Assembly (NCBI GenBank): GCA_964434115.1
Contig: CAYSSX010000004.1
Span: forward strand, 175,688 to 239,687
Direction of reading: 5' to 3'
Source of the DNA: an uncultured bacterium
GTDB lineage: Bacteria; Omnitrophota; Omnitrophia; Omnitrophales; Aquincolibacteriaceae
Length of the DNA: 64,000 nucleotides
Made by a program: the position numbers and the translations under genes. The notes beneath the pieces were generated by a model that was not told the DNA's origin, made no database searches, and saw only the letters and a program-made list of their open reading frames with translations. Below, one piece after another: positions 35,880 through 46,500 of this stretch (the first letter of the stretch is position 1; every line of letters begins with the position of its first letter).

Positions 35880-37187
35880 TCAGGAACCCTTGGCTGGGCG
35901 TATCACAGGTTCAGGGCGGTAGGTTTCGCGCTGAACAACCGGCGTGATCACGCGTTCCTCAATGCCGTCGGCAGATTCCGCCTTGGCGTCAAAAACAAAT
36001 TTTCCATCGGGTAAGGCAAACCGGAAAGAAAAAGTTCCGTCCGGACGCAGCTGGATGACTTTTCCCTGAAAGGTCACTTTGGCATCCGGCTCGGTACCCC
36101 CGTAGACAATGACTTCACAGTCCAGCCAGAACCAGAACTTGCGGTCCTTGCCGGGAGGTCCTTTCGCGCCCGGACTCGACATGCTGGAAAGAAGGCCTGC
36201 CCCGGACCCGGAAGAAATATTGCCCTGAATCTTATCTTCCATCAATTTCCGGACTTCCATGGAGCTTTTTCCCGGATCAAAGCCGCCTGAGAGTGCGTAA
36301 ACCTTGTCAAAATCAATATCCATCCACTGTTCATCCAGCACATCCGACATCTGGGAACGCGGCATCAGGACCTGATTGGATTTCGCAAGGGCCAAAAACC
36401 GTCCATCTTTGTGCAGAACGCCGATCTCGACAAAATAACGCCGGTTCGGCTGTGTGTTGACATACCAGTGGTTCGTAATCCCGCCCAGATAAAGGTCATG
36501 AAAAACGCCTTCTTTTTCAGTCGTATCATAAACGCGGAGGATAACGCACACGTCTTCCCAGGATCCGCCCAGGCGCGCACGCGCGTTTTCCACATAATCC
36601 CGCTGCAATTCCCAATAGGCATAAGCCCAGCAAGGGTCGCGGACCATAAAATAAATCATGTTGTCGCCGTAATTCTGGGGAAGCTCCGCGGGCCGGGCTT
36701 CATGCACCACCGGCGCGGGCGGAGATTTTGGCTTCTTGCGCAAAGACACCCGGACAGCGCCGAGAAGATCCAAAGCCTTCTGCCTTTTTAATCCGGCGGA
36801 TATCGCCGATGACTTGACGCGCATTTTTTGCGGTGCCGCAGGCTTAACAGCGGTCTTTTGCAGAGACTTTTTGGCCGCGGGCATAGATTTTTTCTTCGCG
36901 GTTTCCGGTTTCGTTTTCAGCTTGGGAGCGGACACCGCTTTTTTCACTTTCGGAGAAACCGCCGGCTTCAAAACCGTTTTACGGACTGAAGACGTTTTAA
37001 AACTGAGTTTCACCGGAGCTGCGGAACGGACTTTTGCTGGAGAGGCCTTTTTAAGAGGAGGCTTTTTGCGGACTTGCGGCTTGACTGCTTTTTTGCTCTT
37101 GGTAACAACCGCTCTTTTCACCTGCTTTTTAGCAGGCTTGCGAGTGACATTTTTGGCTTTCTTTTTTGTCTTTCCGGCACGCACCAT
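35880..37187 (-). CDS. DUF4912 domain protein with a ~170 aa Lys/Ala/Pro-rich (histone H1-like) N-terminal tail
   Basis: ...YFMVRDPCWAYAYWEL... DUF4912 core; RBS AGGAAA. Confidence 0.7.
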   Translation of the reverse strand: MVRAGKTKKKAKNVTRKPAKKQVKRAVVTKSKKAVKPQVRKKPPLKKASPAKVRSAAPVKLSFKTSSVRKTVLKPAVSPKVKKAVSAPKLKTKPETAKKKSMPAAKKSLQKTAVKPAAPQKMRVKSSAISAGLKRQKALDLLGAVRVSLRKKPKSPPAPVVHEARPAELPQNYGDNMIYFMVRDPCWAYAYWELQRDYVENARARLGGSWEDVCVILRVYDTTEKEGVFHDLYLGGITNHWYVNTQPNRRYFVEIGVLHKDGRFLALAKSNQVLMPRSQMSDVLDEQWMDIDFDKVYALSGGFDPGKSSMEVRKLMEDKIQGNISSGSGAGLLSSMSSPGAKGPPGKDRKFWFWLDCEVIVYGGTEPDAKVTFQGKVIQLRPDGTFSFRFALPDGKFVFDAKAESADGIEERVITPVVQRETYRPEPVIRPAKGS

Positions 37188-37334
37188 ACAACAATTTCCT
37201 AAGGGGGGTCATGAAAAGTTGGTCAGCCTTTCTTTGACTGTGCCTACTATACTGCAACGAACGTGCCTTTTAAATAAAAACTTTCCAAAACTCTTGCCGA
37301 CGGTCCCTCCCCTTCGAAAGGGCTCCCCAAGACC

Positions 37335-39821
37335 TTAACGGGCCTTTGGCTTGGAAAAAGGGATTTTCCAGATCTCCCGGGCGTATTCGGTAATCGTCCG
37401 GTCACTTGAAAATTTGCCGGAACGGGCCACGTTCAGAATGGCCTTTTTCGTCCATTCCTCGGGGTTGAGGTAAGCGGCGGAGATTTTCTGCTGAATGGCG
37501 CAATAGGCATCAAAATCCGCGCAAACCAGAAAAGGGTCGGAGTGCATGAGGTTATCGATAAGCGGCATGAACATCCCCGGATCCACGGGAGAAAAAAAGC
37601 CGCTTTTGAGCATTTTGAAGATCTCTGCCAATACCGGAGAGCGGGCAATAAAATCCTGCGGGACATACCCTTTTTCCTGAAGGGCCCGGACTTCATCCGC
37701 CTTAAGGCCAAAAGTGAAAATATTCTCCGCGCCTACGGCCTTGGCCATTTCGATGTTCGCACCATCCAGCGTTCCCACGGTCAAAGCGCCATTGACCATA
37801 AACTTCATGCATCCGGTTCCGGAAGCTTCCGTCCCCGCCGTGGAAATTTGCTCTGAAAGATCACTGGCCGGAAAAACGTTCTCCGCCAGGGAAACCCTGT
37901 AATTCTCCAGGAAAATAATTTTCATCTTATCGCCGATGGCTTTGTCGTGATTCACCACATCCGCAATATTGGAGATAAATTTGATTATGAGTTTCGCCAT
38001 GGCGTAACCCGGCGCCGACTTGCCCGCGAATAAAAAAGTCCTCGGCACGTGCGGCTTCTTGCTGTTTTCCTTGATCTTCAGATACTCGGAAATAATGTAG
38101 AACGCAAAAAGGGTCTGCCGCTTGTATTCGTGGATGCGTTTGATCTGAACGTCAAAAATAGATTCCGGGTTCACACGGACCCCGTTCAAATCAAGAATCG
38201 TCTTCGCGAAATCCGCCTTGTTGGCCTGTTTGATCTTTGCCCATTTTTCGCGGAACGCCGCGTCATCTTTATGCGGGGTAAGCTTTTCAAGCTCGTAAAG
38301 ATCCGTGACCCAGCTGCCGCCGATGGTTTCATCGATCAGGGAGGAAAGTCTCGTATTGGCGTTTTTCAGCCACCGCCGCTGCGTGATGCCGTTGGTTTTG
38401 TTGTTGAATTTCTCCGGATAAAATTCGTGGAAATCCCGGAAAAGGTCGGTTTTAAGAAGCGTGGAATGCAGTTCCGAAACGCCGTTGACGGAATGACTGC
38501 CAACGATCGCGAGGTAAGCCATCCGCACGCGCTTCTGATTCCCTTCTTCAATAATCGACATCCGCTTCAAGCGCGCCGTGTCGCCGGGATAATGGTTCGC
38601 GACCTCGCGCAAAAAACGGGCGTTGATTTCATAAATCAACTGCATGTGGCGGGGCAGGAGCTTTTCAAAAAGCGGCGCGGCCCAGCACTCCAAAGCTTCG
38701 GGCATCACCGTGTGGTTGGTATAGGCAAAGGTGCGCACGGTCGTGTCCCAGGCCGTTTCCCAGTCCAGACGCTCTTCATCCAGAAGAACGCGCATGAATT
38801 CCACCACCGCGAGCGCGGGATGCGTATCGTTAAGCTGAATGGCCGCCTTTTCGGGAATCTCGCGAAGGTCCGTGTTCTCCGCCTTGAAGCGGCGGATAAT
38901 ATCCGTGACCGCCGCGGCCGTAAAAAAGTACTCCTGTTTCAGACGGAGTTCACGCCCCATCGAATTGGCATCATTCGGATAAAGAACCTTGGAGATGTTT
39001 TCTGAAAACATCTTGTTGTAGACGGCCTTTTCATAGTCCCCGTGGTTGAAATACTCGAAATCAAATTCTTCGGAACCCCGGGCGGACCAAAGACGGAGCG
39101 TGTTAACCACATCGTTCTGGTATCCGGGCACCGGCGTGTCATAAGGCATGGCGACGACGTCCTGGGTGTTCCGCCACTCCACGCAAAGTTTTCCGTTCTT
39201 GTCGTGGTACATGTACGTGTCGCCGTAGAAACGGACGGTCACGGCATATTCCGGTCTCGGAAACTCCCAAGGGTTGCCGTGCTTGAGCCATTCATCGGGA
39301 AATTCCACCTGATGGCCTTCGACAATTTTCTGATTAAAAATGCCGTAGTCATACCGGATCCCGTAACCGTGCCCGGGAATCCCCAGCGTGGCCATGGAAT
39401 CGAGAAAACACGCGGCCAAACGGCCAAGCCCGCCGTTACCAAGACCCGCGTCCGGTTCTTCGTCGCGGATAAATTCAAAATCCAGATTCATTTCCTTCAG
39501 CGCTTCCTTGGCCGGCTGAAGCAGGTTGAGATTAAGCATGTTGTTGCTCAGAAGACGTCCGATCAAAAACTCCATCGAAAGATAATAAACTCGCTTCGCA
39601 TTTTTCTTGTGATATTCCTGCTGGGTTTTGATCCAGCGTTCCACGATGCGGTCGCGGACAGCAATGGAAAGCGCCATAAAATCATCATGCGTCGTGGTGG
39701 TGAATCGGTCTTTGGCGAGCTGGTAAAAAAGGCTGGAGCTGAAGGAGGTCCGCATGCCCTCTTTGGTCATGTCTTTGTAAACGACTTCCCAGGGTTCCTG
39801 AGCGGGCTTATGCTTTGACAT
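37335..39821 (-). CDS. glgP: Glycogen/maltodextrin phosphorylase (GT35)
   Basis: 828 aa; ...EFPDEWLKHGNPWEF..., ...TNHTVMPEALE..., PLP-site region ...EASGTGCMKFMVNGALTVGTLDGANIE... Confidence 0.95.
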   Translation of the reverse strand: MSKHKPAQEPWEVVYKDMTKEGMRTSFSSSLFYQLAKDRFTTTTHDDFMALSIAVRDRIVERWIKTQQEYHKKNAKRVYYLSMEFLIGRLLSNNMLNLNLLQPAKEALKEMNLDFEFIRDEEPDAGLGNGGLGRLAACFLDSMATLGIPGHGYGIRYDYGIFNQKIVEGHQVEFPDEWLKHGNPWEFPRPEYAVTVRFYGDTYMYHDKNGKLCVEWRNTQDVVAMPYDTPVPGYQNDVVNTLRLWSARGSEEFDFEYFNHGDYEKAVYNKMFSENISKVLYPNDANSMGRELRLKQEYFFTAAAVTDIIRRFKAENTDLREIPEKAAIQLNDTHPALAVVEFMRVLLDEERLDWETAWDTTVRTFAYTNHTVMPEALECWAAPLFEKLLPRHMQLIYEINARFLREVANHYPGDTARLKRMSIIEEGNQKRVRMAYLAIVGSHSVNGVSELHSTLLKTDLFRDFHEFYPEKFNNKTNGITQRRWLKNANTRLSSLIDETIGGSWVTDLYELEKLTPHKDDAAFREKWAKIKQANKADFAKTILDLNGVRVNPESIFDVQIKRIHEYKRQTLFAFYIISEYLKIKENSKKPHVPRTFLFAGKSAPGYAMAKLIIKFISNIADVVNHDKAIGDKMKIIFLENYRVSLAENVFPASDLSEQISTAGTEASGTGCMKFMVNGALTVGTLDGANIEMAKAVGAENIFTFGLKADEVRALQEKGYVPQDFIARSPVLAEIFKMLKSGFFSPVDPGMFMPLIDNLMHSDPFLVCADFDAYCAIQQKISAAYLNPEEWTKKAILNVARSGKFSSDRTITEYAREIWKIPFSKPKAR

Positions 39822-39912
39822 TGTTTACCTTTCTTCCTCGAAGGAAATTCACGGGGGAAGATTAACAGATTTAAAAGGAACCATTCAAGAATGAATTCTT
39901 AGCACCTGGAGT

Positions 39913-41889
39913 CTAACCCTCGTGCAAAAAGAAAACCGCCGAAAGCGGCGGAAGATCCAGATGCAAAGAATGCGGCTGATGATGCCACGGCACGGATTCC
40001 CCGGGGCGTCCGCCCTGGTTGCCGCTGCCGCTGCCTCCGTAATCATCCGCGTCGCTGTTGAAAATCTCCCGGTACCATCCGTCCCACGGAACCCCCACAC
40101 GGTACCCCAGCCGGGGAACGGGCGTCATGTTAAAAACACACACCACCGGTTTGCTGCGCCCTTTCGCCCAGCGCACAAAACTCACCACGCTGGAATCCCG
40201 GTCGGAAAAATCAATCCACTGAAATCCCTCCGGCGAAAAATCCAGCTCATGAAATGCGGCGAGATCGCGGTGGCAGCGGTTTAAATCGCGGACAAGACGG
40301 CCCCAGGCCTTAAAAATAGGCACGGGCGCAAGATGCCAATCCATGGAATGGCGGCAATTCCACTCCGCCGGCTGGCCGACATCCGCGGTCATAAATAAAA
40401 GCTTTTTTCCCGGGTGCGCGTACATATAAGAAAGGAAGAGCCTCGCGTTGGCCCAGCGCTGCCAGTCATCGCCCGGCATTTTTTCAAGAAGCGATTTTTT
40501 TCCATAAACCACTTCGTCATGCGAAACCGGAAGAATAAAGTTCTCGGTGAACGCGTAGAGCATGGAAAAGGTCAGCATGTCCTGATGAAACCGGCGGTGC
40601 ACGCATTCTTTGGAAAAATAATCCAGCGTGTCATGCATCCAGCCCATGTTCCATTTCATGCTGAAGCCGAGCCCACCCGCGTAGGTCGGCCTTGAAACAC
40701 CGGTCCAGGCGGTGGACTCCTCGGCAATCGTCAAGACTCCGGGATACCGCTCATGCACCACTTCATTGAACCGTTTGAGAAAACTGATCGCCTCAAGGTT
40801 CTCATTGCCGCCGTATTGATTCGGCTGCCACTCTCCCGGCGCGCGGGAATAATCCAGGTAAATCATGGAAGCCACCGCATCCACACGCAGTCCGTCGAGG
40901 TGATACTGATCCAGCCAGAACAGCGCGTTGGACATAAGAAAGTTCCGGACCTCGTTACGTCCGTAATCAAAAACCAGGGTTCCCCACTCCCGGTGCTCGC
41001 CCTTTTTCCAATTGTCATAGGCGTAAATCTGGCGGCCGTCAAAATCCGCGAGGCCGTGAGCGTCTTTTGGAAAATGCGCGGGAACCCAGTCCAGGATCAC
41101 GCCCAGCCCATGACTGTGGCAGGTGTCCACAAAAAACATAAAATCTTCCGGAGATCCAAAACGGCTGGTCGGCGCAAAGTAGCTGATGACCTGATAACCC
41201 CAGGATTCATCCAGCGGATGCTCGCTGATCGGCATCAATTCAAGGTGCGTATAACCCCGCTCAATCGCAAAAGGAATAAGTCTTTCGGCCAGTTCCCGGT
41301 AAGTCAGAAAGTCCTCTCCCTTTTCTCCGGTCCGCATCCAGGAACCCAAATGCACTTCATAAATGGAGACAGGCCCTTCCAAAGGGTTGCGCGCCGCGCG
41401 GGTTTTCATCCAGGCGTCATCGTTCCATTTGAACTTTTGAAGGGCTGCCACCACCGAAGCGGTCCGGGGACGGACTTCGGTCTGAAAGGCATAGGGATCG
41501 GATTTAAAAAAAACATGCCCTTCCGGCGTCTCGACCGCGAACTTATAAAAGGTTCCTTCCACGAGACCGGGAATAAAGCCGTCCCAAAAACCCGACCCGG
41601 GAAGGCGGCGAAGGGGGTTCGCTCCGGACTTCCACAGGTTAAAATCACCCACCACACTGACAGAACGGGCGTTCGGCGCCCAGAGCGAAAAATAAGTTCC
41701 CGGTTTTTTTTCCGTCACGCAGACATGCGCGCCCAGTTTCCGGTAACTATCGAAATGGTTTCCCTCGCCCAGCAAATGGAGGTCAAAACCCGTCAGCCTT
41801 GTTTCTTCCAAAAGAGGAAGGGTTTTGGAGACAGCCGCCGCTTTCGGGCGCCTTACGGCACGTGCTGGGGGACGCGTTTTTCTTTTCAC
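39913..41889 (-). CDS. glgB: 1,4-alpha-glucan branching enzyme (GH13_9)
   Basis: ...GFDLHLLGEGNHFDSYRKLGAH..., ...LGVILDWVPAHFPKD..., ...YDYGRNEVRNFL...; the GGTACC hexamers at 40069..40110 are coding coincidences (GY/WY codons). Confidence 0.9.
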   Translation of the reverse strand: MKRKTRPPARAVRRPKAAAVSKTLPLLEETRLTGFDLHLLGEGNHFDSYRKLGAHVCVTEKKPGTYFSLWAPNARSVSVVGDFNLWKSGANPLRRLPGSGFWDGFIPGLVEGTFYKFAVETPEGHVFFKSDPYAFQTEVRPRTASVVAALQKFKWNDDAWMKTRAARNPLEGPVSIYEVHLGSWMRTGEKGEDFLTYRELAERLIPFAIERGYTHLELMPISEHPLDESWGYQVISYFAPTSRFGSPEDFMFFVDTCHSHGLGVILDWVPAHFPKDAHGLADFDGRQIYAYDNWKKGEHREWGTLVFDYGRNEVRNFLMSNALFWLDQYHLDGLRVDAVASMIYLDYSRAPGEWQPNQYGGNENLEAISFLKRFNEVVHERYPGVLTIAEESTAWTGVSRPTYAGGLGFSMKWNMGWMHDTLDYFSKECVHRRFHQDMLTFSMLYAFTENFILPVSHDEVVYGKKSLLEKMPGDDWQRWANARLFLSYMYAHPGKKLLFMTADVGQPAEWNCRHSMDWHLAPVPIFKAWGRLVRDLNRCHRDLAAFHELDFSPEGFQWIDFSDRDSSVVSFVRWAKGRSKPVVCVFNMTPVPRLGYRVGVPWDGWYREIFNSDADDYGGSGSGNQGGRPGESVPWHHQPHSLHLDLPPLSAVFFLHEG

Positions 41890-41956
41890 AACAGAGCCCT
41901 CACAGGCTTCACTAGGTTTTAGGGGGGAATAGGATGAGAGCTTCGTAATTTTTGTA

Positions 41957-43054
41957 TTATGTTACAGGCATATGCACTTTCGGAAGAGAAAAAATAAATT
42001 TCGATCCCTTCCCCGCTTTGCTTTCAACACGAATACTGCCGCCATGAGCGGTCATAATGCCTTTACAAATGGCAAGGCCAAGCCCCGTTCCCTTTTCGCC
42101 TCCGGCCGGAGTATGCCCAAATTGCTCGAATTTATTGAAAAGCTTTTCAAGGCCTTCCTCGGGAATGCCCGCGCCCGTATCGGAAACACTGCACTCAATC
42201 GCGCCGCCCCGGTCCTCAATGCCGACACGGATTGTCCCCTGCGGGGTGAACTTCAGCGCGTTGCTCAGAAGATTGATAAAGACCTGCGAAATTTTTTCGC
42301 GGTCCGCTTCCACAAGAATGCCGGGATCCGGATAAACCTGCTGAAGTTCCAGACCGCGTGAAGCGATACTCTGCTTAAAACTCGCGCACACCTCCTGCGC
42401 CAGCGCCGCCATATTGAAGCTGGTTTTTTTAAGCTTCATTTTTCCGATTTCGATCTTGGTGAGGTCAAGCAGGTCATTGATCAAAAGGTTGAGGCGCTCC
42501 ATGTTTTTAAGCACCATGTCCAGAAAGAAGCGCTGATCTTCGGAAACCGTTCCAAGGATCCCCTCCAGGATCTGACGCAGCCCTTCGATCGAGACTGTAA
42601 GCGGCGAGCGCAGCTCATGCACCACCATGCCCATAAATTCCTCGCGGAGTTCCTGGATTTTTCTGCGTTCAAGGGCATAGCGCAGGACCCTTTCAAAAAG
42701 CTCCGGCGACATCTGGTCCTTCATCATGTAATCCTGCGCTCCTCCGGCCACCGCATCCGCGGCAATGTTTTCATCGGTAATGCCGGAACAAACAACGATG
42801 GGAACGCCTGCCGCCGACGGCTGAAGCCGGCGCAGGGTGTCCAGGCCCCGGCTGTCGGGAAGCTGAAGGTCCAGCAAAATCAGATCGAAGTGTTTCTGCG
42901 TGAGGAGTTCCAGCGATTTTTCCAGCGACGGGGCCCGCACAACGCGGTAATGGTTCACTGATTTACCAAGCCTTGACAGGAGTTTACCCATAATCAACGC
43001 ATCATCATCGTCATCTTCCACAAGCAGAACTTCAAAATCATGCTGATCCATCAT
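41957..43054 (-). CDS. Hybrid sensor histidine kinase (N-terminal receiver + HisKA + HATPase_c)
   Basis: ATG 43054 overlaps the stop of the upstream RR; ...VLLVEDDDDDALIMGKLLS...MVVHELRSPLT..., G-boxes. Confidence 0.85.
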   Translation of the reverse strand: MMDQHDFEVLLVEDDDDDALIMGKLLSRLGKSVNHYRVVRAPSLEKSLELLTQKHFDLILLDLQLPDSRGLDTLRRLQPSAAGVPIVVCSGITDENIAADAVAGGAQDYMMKDQMSPELFERVLRYALERRKIQELREEFMGMVVHELRSPLTVSIEGLRQILEGILGTVSEDQRFFLDMVLKNMERLNLLINDLLDLTKIEIGKMKLKKTSFNMAALAQEVCASFKQSIASRGLELQQVYPDPGILVEADREKISQVFINLLSNALKFTPQGTIRVGIEDRGGAIECSVSDTGAGIPEEGLEKLFNKFEQFGHTPAGGEKGTGLGLAICKGIMTAHGGSIRVESKAGKGSKFIFSLPKVHMPVT

Positions 43055-43509
43055 GGTCTCTCTTTGGGAAGTGAAACAATTCCAAACCAATAGGCATAAA
43101 TAATTTTGACGATTTCGACAAGCTCTTCAAACGTGACGGGTTTACGGATAAAGGAATTGCTGCCCAGCCCGTAAGTGTTGCCGATATCGTCTTCGGACTC
43201 GGAAGTCGTAAAAACCAGAACCGGGATTTTTTGAAACCTGGCATCGCGCTTGATTTCACGCAGCGCCTCACGGCCGTCTTTCCGGGGCATGTTTAGATCC
43301 AAGAGCATCAGGTCCGGCGCGGGAAACCTTTCAGCGCCGGAAAAAACACCGCGGTTTTCCAAATAATCCAGAAGCGCCTCGCCATCCACCGCGCGGAAAA
43401 GCCTCACGTCAAGGCGGGCCTTTTTGAAGGCCTTCTCGACCAGCATAAAATCATCGTCATCATCTTCCGCCATCAAAACAACAGGCAAAGCATGAGGTTC
43501 ATTCGGCAT
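43051..43509 (-). CDS. Single-domain response regulator
   Basis: ...VVLMAEDDDDDFMLVEKAFK...LLDLNMPRKDG...; RBS AAGGAG. Confidence 0.85.
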   Translation of the reverse strand: MPNEPHALPVVLMAEDDDDDFMLVEKAFKKARLDVRLFRAVDGEALLDYLENRGVFSGAERFPAPDLMLLDLNMPRKDGREALREIKRDARFQKIPVLVFTTSESEDDIGNTYGLGSNSFIRKPVTFEELVEIVKIIYAYWFGIVSLPKERP

Positions 43510-43518
43510 CGGTACTCC

Positions 43519-46500
43519 TTAGGGTGCCAGAGGAAGCGTAAAAATAAAAGCAGCGCCTTCTCCCGGTTTGCTTCGAGCGGTAATTTCACCGCCGTGGCGA
43601 TGGACGATTTTCTGGCATATGGAAAGGCCAATGCCTGTCCCTTCGTATTCCGATCGCGTGTGAAGTCTCTGAAAAGGAACAAAAATCCGGTCCAGGTATT
43701 TTTCATCAAACCCGATTCCGTTGTCCTTGATTCTAATTTCCTGGAAACCATTGTTCAAGGACACTCCTTCAATCTCCACGCACGGCACTTCTCCCGGCCG
43801 GCTGAATTTAAGCGCGTTTCCAAGCAGGTTCAGGAACAGCTGACTGACCTGCCCGGGATCGGCCATCACGGGAAGAAGTGTTTTCACGCTGATCCGGGCC
43901 TCGGTTTCAAGGATGCGGATTTCAAGGTCTGACAAGACTTCCGCCACCAGGGCGTTAAGGTCAACCTTCTCAAAGGGCTTGATCTTACGCATGACCCTGG
44001 AATAGGTCAGCAGGTCTTCGATGAGCTGGCGCATGCGCATCGCCCCTCCGACAATCCGGTTCAGATAGTCGTGCGCTTCATCATCCAGCCGGGATTTCTC
44101 TTTCTCTTCCAGCAGCTTGGAAAAAGAAATGATTTTTCTCAGCGGCTCCTGAAGGTCATGCGACGCCACACAGGCAAACTCTTCCAGTTCTTTATTGGAG
44201 CGCGCCAGTTCAAGGGATTTTTGCTGGAGCTGCTGCACGGCATTTCTTCTCTCGGTAATGTCTTTGACCTGCGCCACAAAAACAAGCGGCGCTCCCTGCT
44301 CATCGCGCACAAGAGATACGGCAAGGAGGCCCCAGACATAATGGCCCTTTTTATGGATATACCGTTTTTCCATGTGGTAAAAATCGATTTTCCCGGCAAG
44401 GAGCTGATTGACATTTTCCAGATCCGCATTCAAGTCGTCCGGATGAGTGATTTTTTGAAAAGTCGTTTTTAAAAGCTCTTCCTCCGAGTAGCCCAGAATC
44501 CCGCAAAGCGAACGGTTCACTTCCAGCCAGCGGCCGTCAATCCCCACAAGAGCCATGCCGATCGCGGAATGCGTAAAGGCCTCGCGGAAGCGTTCCTCAC
44601 TCTGCCGGAGTGCGATCTCGGTCTTTTTTCTTTCGGTAATGTCCTGGGAAATCCCGAGAAGGTAAAGCGGCTGGTTGTTGTCATCATAAACCGGGACTTT
44701 GATGGTATGAAGGTAACGCTCGCCCTGGTTATGGCTTTCGATTTTTTCGGAAGGAATATCCAGCGGCTTTCCGGAATCAAAAACTTCCTGGTCTTTGGCC
44801 CTGAAAAAATCCGCCTGTTCTTTGGGAAAAAAATCATAGTCCGTTTTTCCGATCACATCTTCCGCCTTCCAGCCCAGAATTTTTTCCGCGGTCGTATTCC
44901 AAAGTTCAAACATTCCAAAAAGTTCAGGTTTCGCGCTTTTGACAAACACCGAAACCGGCAGATTGTCGATCATGCTTTTCAGAAAAGTCCGGTTTTGACG
45001 AAGCGCTTGCTCCGTCTTCCGGAAATCAGAAATATCGGTGATCGTTCCCAAATACCCCTTGAGTTTGCCGCCCTTGTCTAAAACCGGAATAGCGGTTCCG
45101 AGCGCCCAGCGGACCTCTCCCTCCGAAGTTAGAACGCGCCCATCCATCACCAGGGGCCCGCCGCTTTTCAGCGCTTCTGCCCAGGCCCGAAGAACCTTTC
45201 CGCGGTCTTCCGGATGAACCGCCTGGATCCATCCATTGCCCATCATTTCCTGGTAAGAACGGCCCGCAATTTGAAGGTAGCGCTCATTGGCGAAAAAGCA
45301 GCGCCCCATGTCGTCGGTTTCAAAAATTCCAACAGGGGCATTCGTCACCAGGGTCCGGAAACGGTTTTCGCTCTCAAGAAGGGCTTCGGTCCGTTCCTGA
45401 ACGGTTTTGCGGATCACTCTTTCGCGGCTGGTCATAAGAGAAACATACTGCGAAATCATAAGGACAAAGAAAAGCACACTCCAGCAGGCCACCCAAGGCA
45501 TCCAGGAATTGATTGACCGCAAATAAGCGGCAGACGGCACACAGACAAACTCCAGGACCCGGTCGCCGATCCTCACCGTCTCTGAATAAAAAAACGGGCT
45601 ACGCGCAGCAGGCTGGCCCTGAGAAATCGGAGTCTGCCCCGCCAGCAGGGCTTCCGCATTGTAGTAATAAAGAAACTGTTTCTCCCGCGGATCCGTCTTA
45701 TCATAAATCAGCATGTTGATGGCCTTCCGCTCAGGCCGCACAAAAGTTTCTTCAAGGATGGCGCCGAGGTAGAAGGTACCCATCACAAACCCGCTAAGAC
45801 CGGCCTCTTTCTGATCCTCAGTGTCAAGCGGGACGCCCCCTTTATAAATGGGGTTTAAAATAACCAGTTTGAAATTATGCTCAGCATCATCAAAGCGCAA
45901 AAGGGGCGCCACGGTTCCCAGGCTTCCGCTTCGCGCAATTCGCCGCATGGCTTCATGACGGGTGGGATCGCTCGATACGTCAAACCCGAGGCGGTGTTTA
46001 TTGTCTTCAAAAGGAACCGTAAAAAAAATAGGGAAATAGCGGTCCTTGGCTGCGATTTCTTCGGGTTTGCCCTCCCGGTCTTTCTGATAGAAACGATAGC
46101 CTTCCAGTCCGCCGGCCCTTGCCTGCTGTTCGAAACTCTCCCTTTCCGCGCCGGAGACAAGCGGAAGCCAATCCATAGCTTTGACGCTTTTGTTCGCGGC
46201 AATACTTTCCCCGGCAAAGATGCGGAACTCATCCCTGTCGACCTGGCTGGAGCCTTTGTAAAAGGCTTTTAGGGCATTCATGACCTGAAGGTCTGCATCC
46301 ACATAGCGGCGGAAAAGAGTAATCCGGTCCTGGGCATCAGAACTGAACTGCATATAAAAACTCTTCTGCTGCTCCGCCAGAAGAATGTAATAAGTTTGCG
46401 CGGCCAGCGTCACGCCAAAAACAAAAACAAAAAACTGCGGCATCATACGGCTTCCTAAACACCAGGATTCGTACACGAGAAAAATACCCACGAGTACAAA

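Noticed and set aside
35880-37187. Possible DNA-level tandem repeat in the Lys-rich N-terminus of the DUF4912 gene
   Set aside because: The protein is low-complexity (K/A/P/V), but the nucleotide sequence shows no exact tandem repeat unit. Compositional bias rather than a repeat array.
40069-40110. Two GGTACC hexamers 30 nt apart inside glgB
   Set aside because: They encode conserved GlgB C-terminal residues (...GYRVGVPWDGWYRE...) and lack the tandem 13-mer architecture of the repeat family; coincidental.
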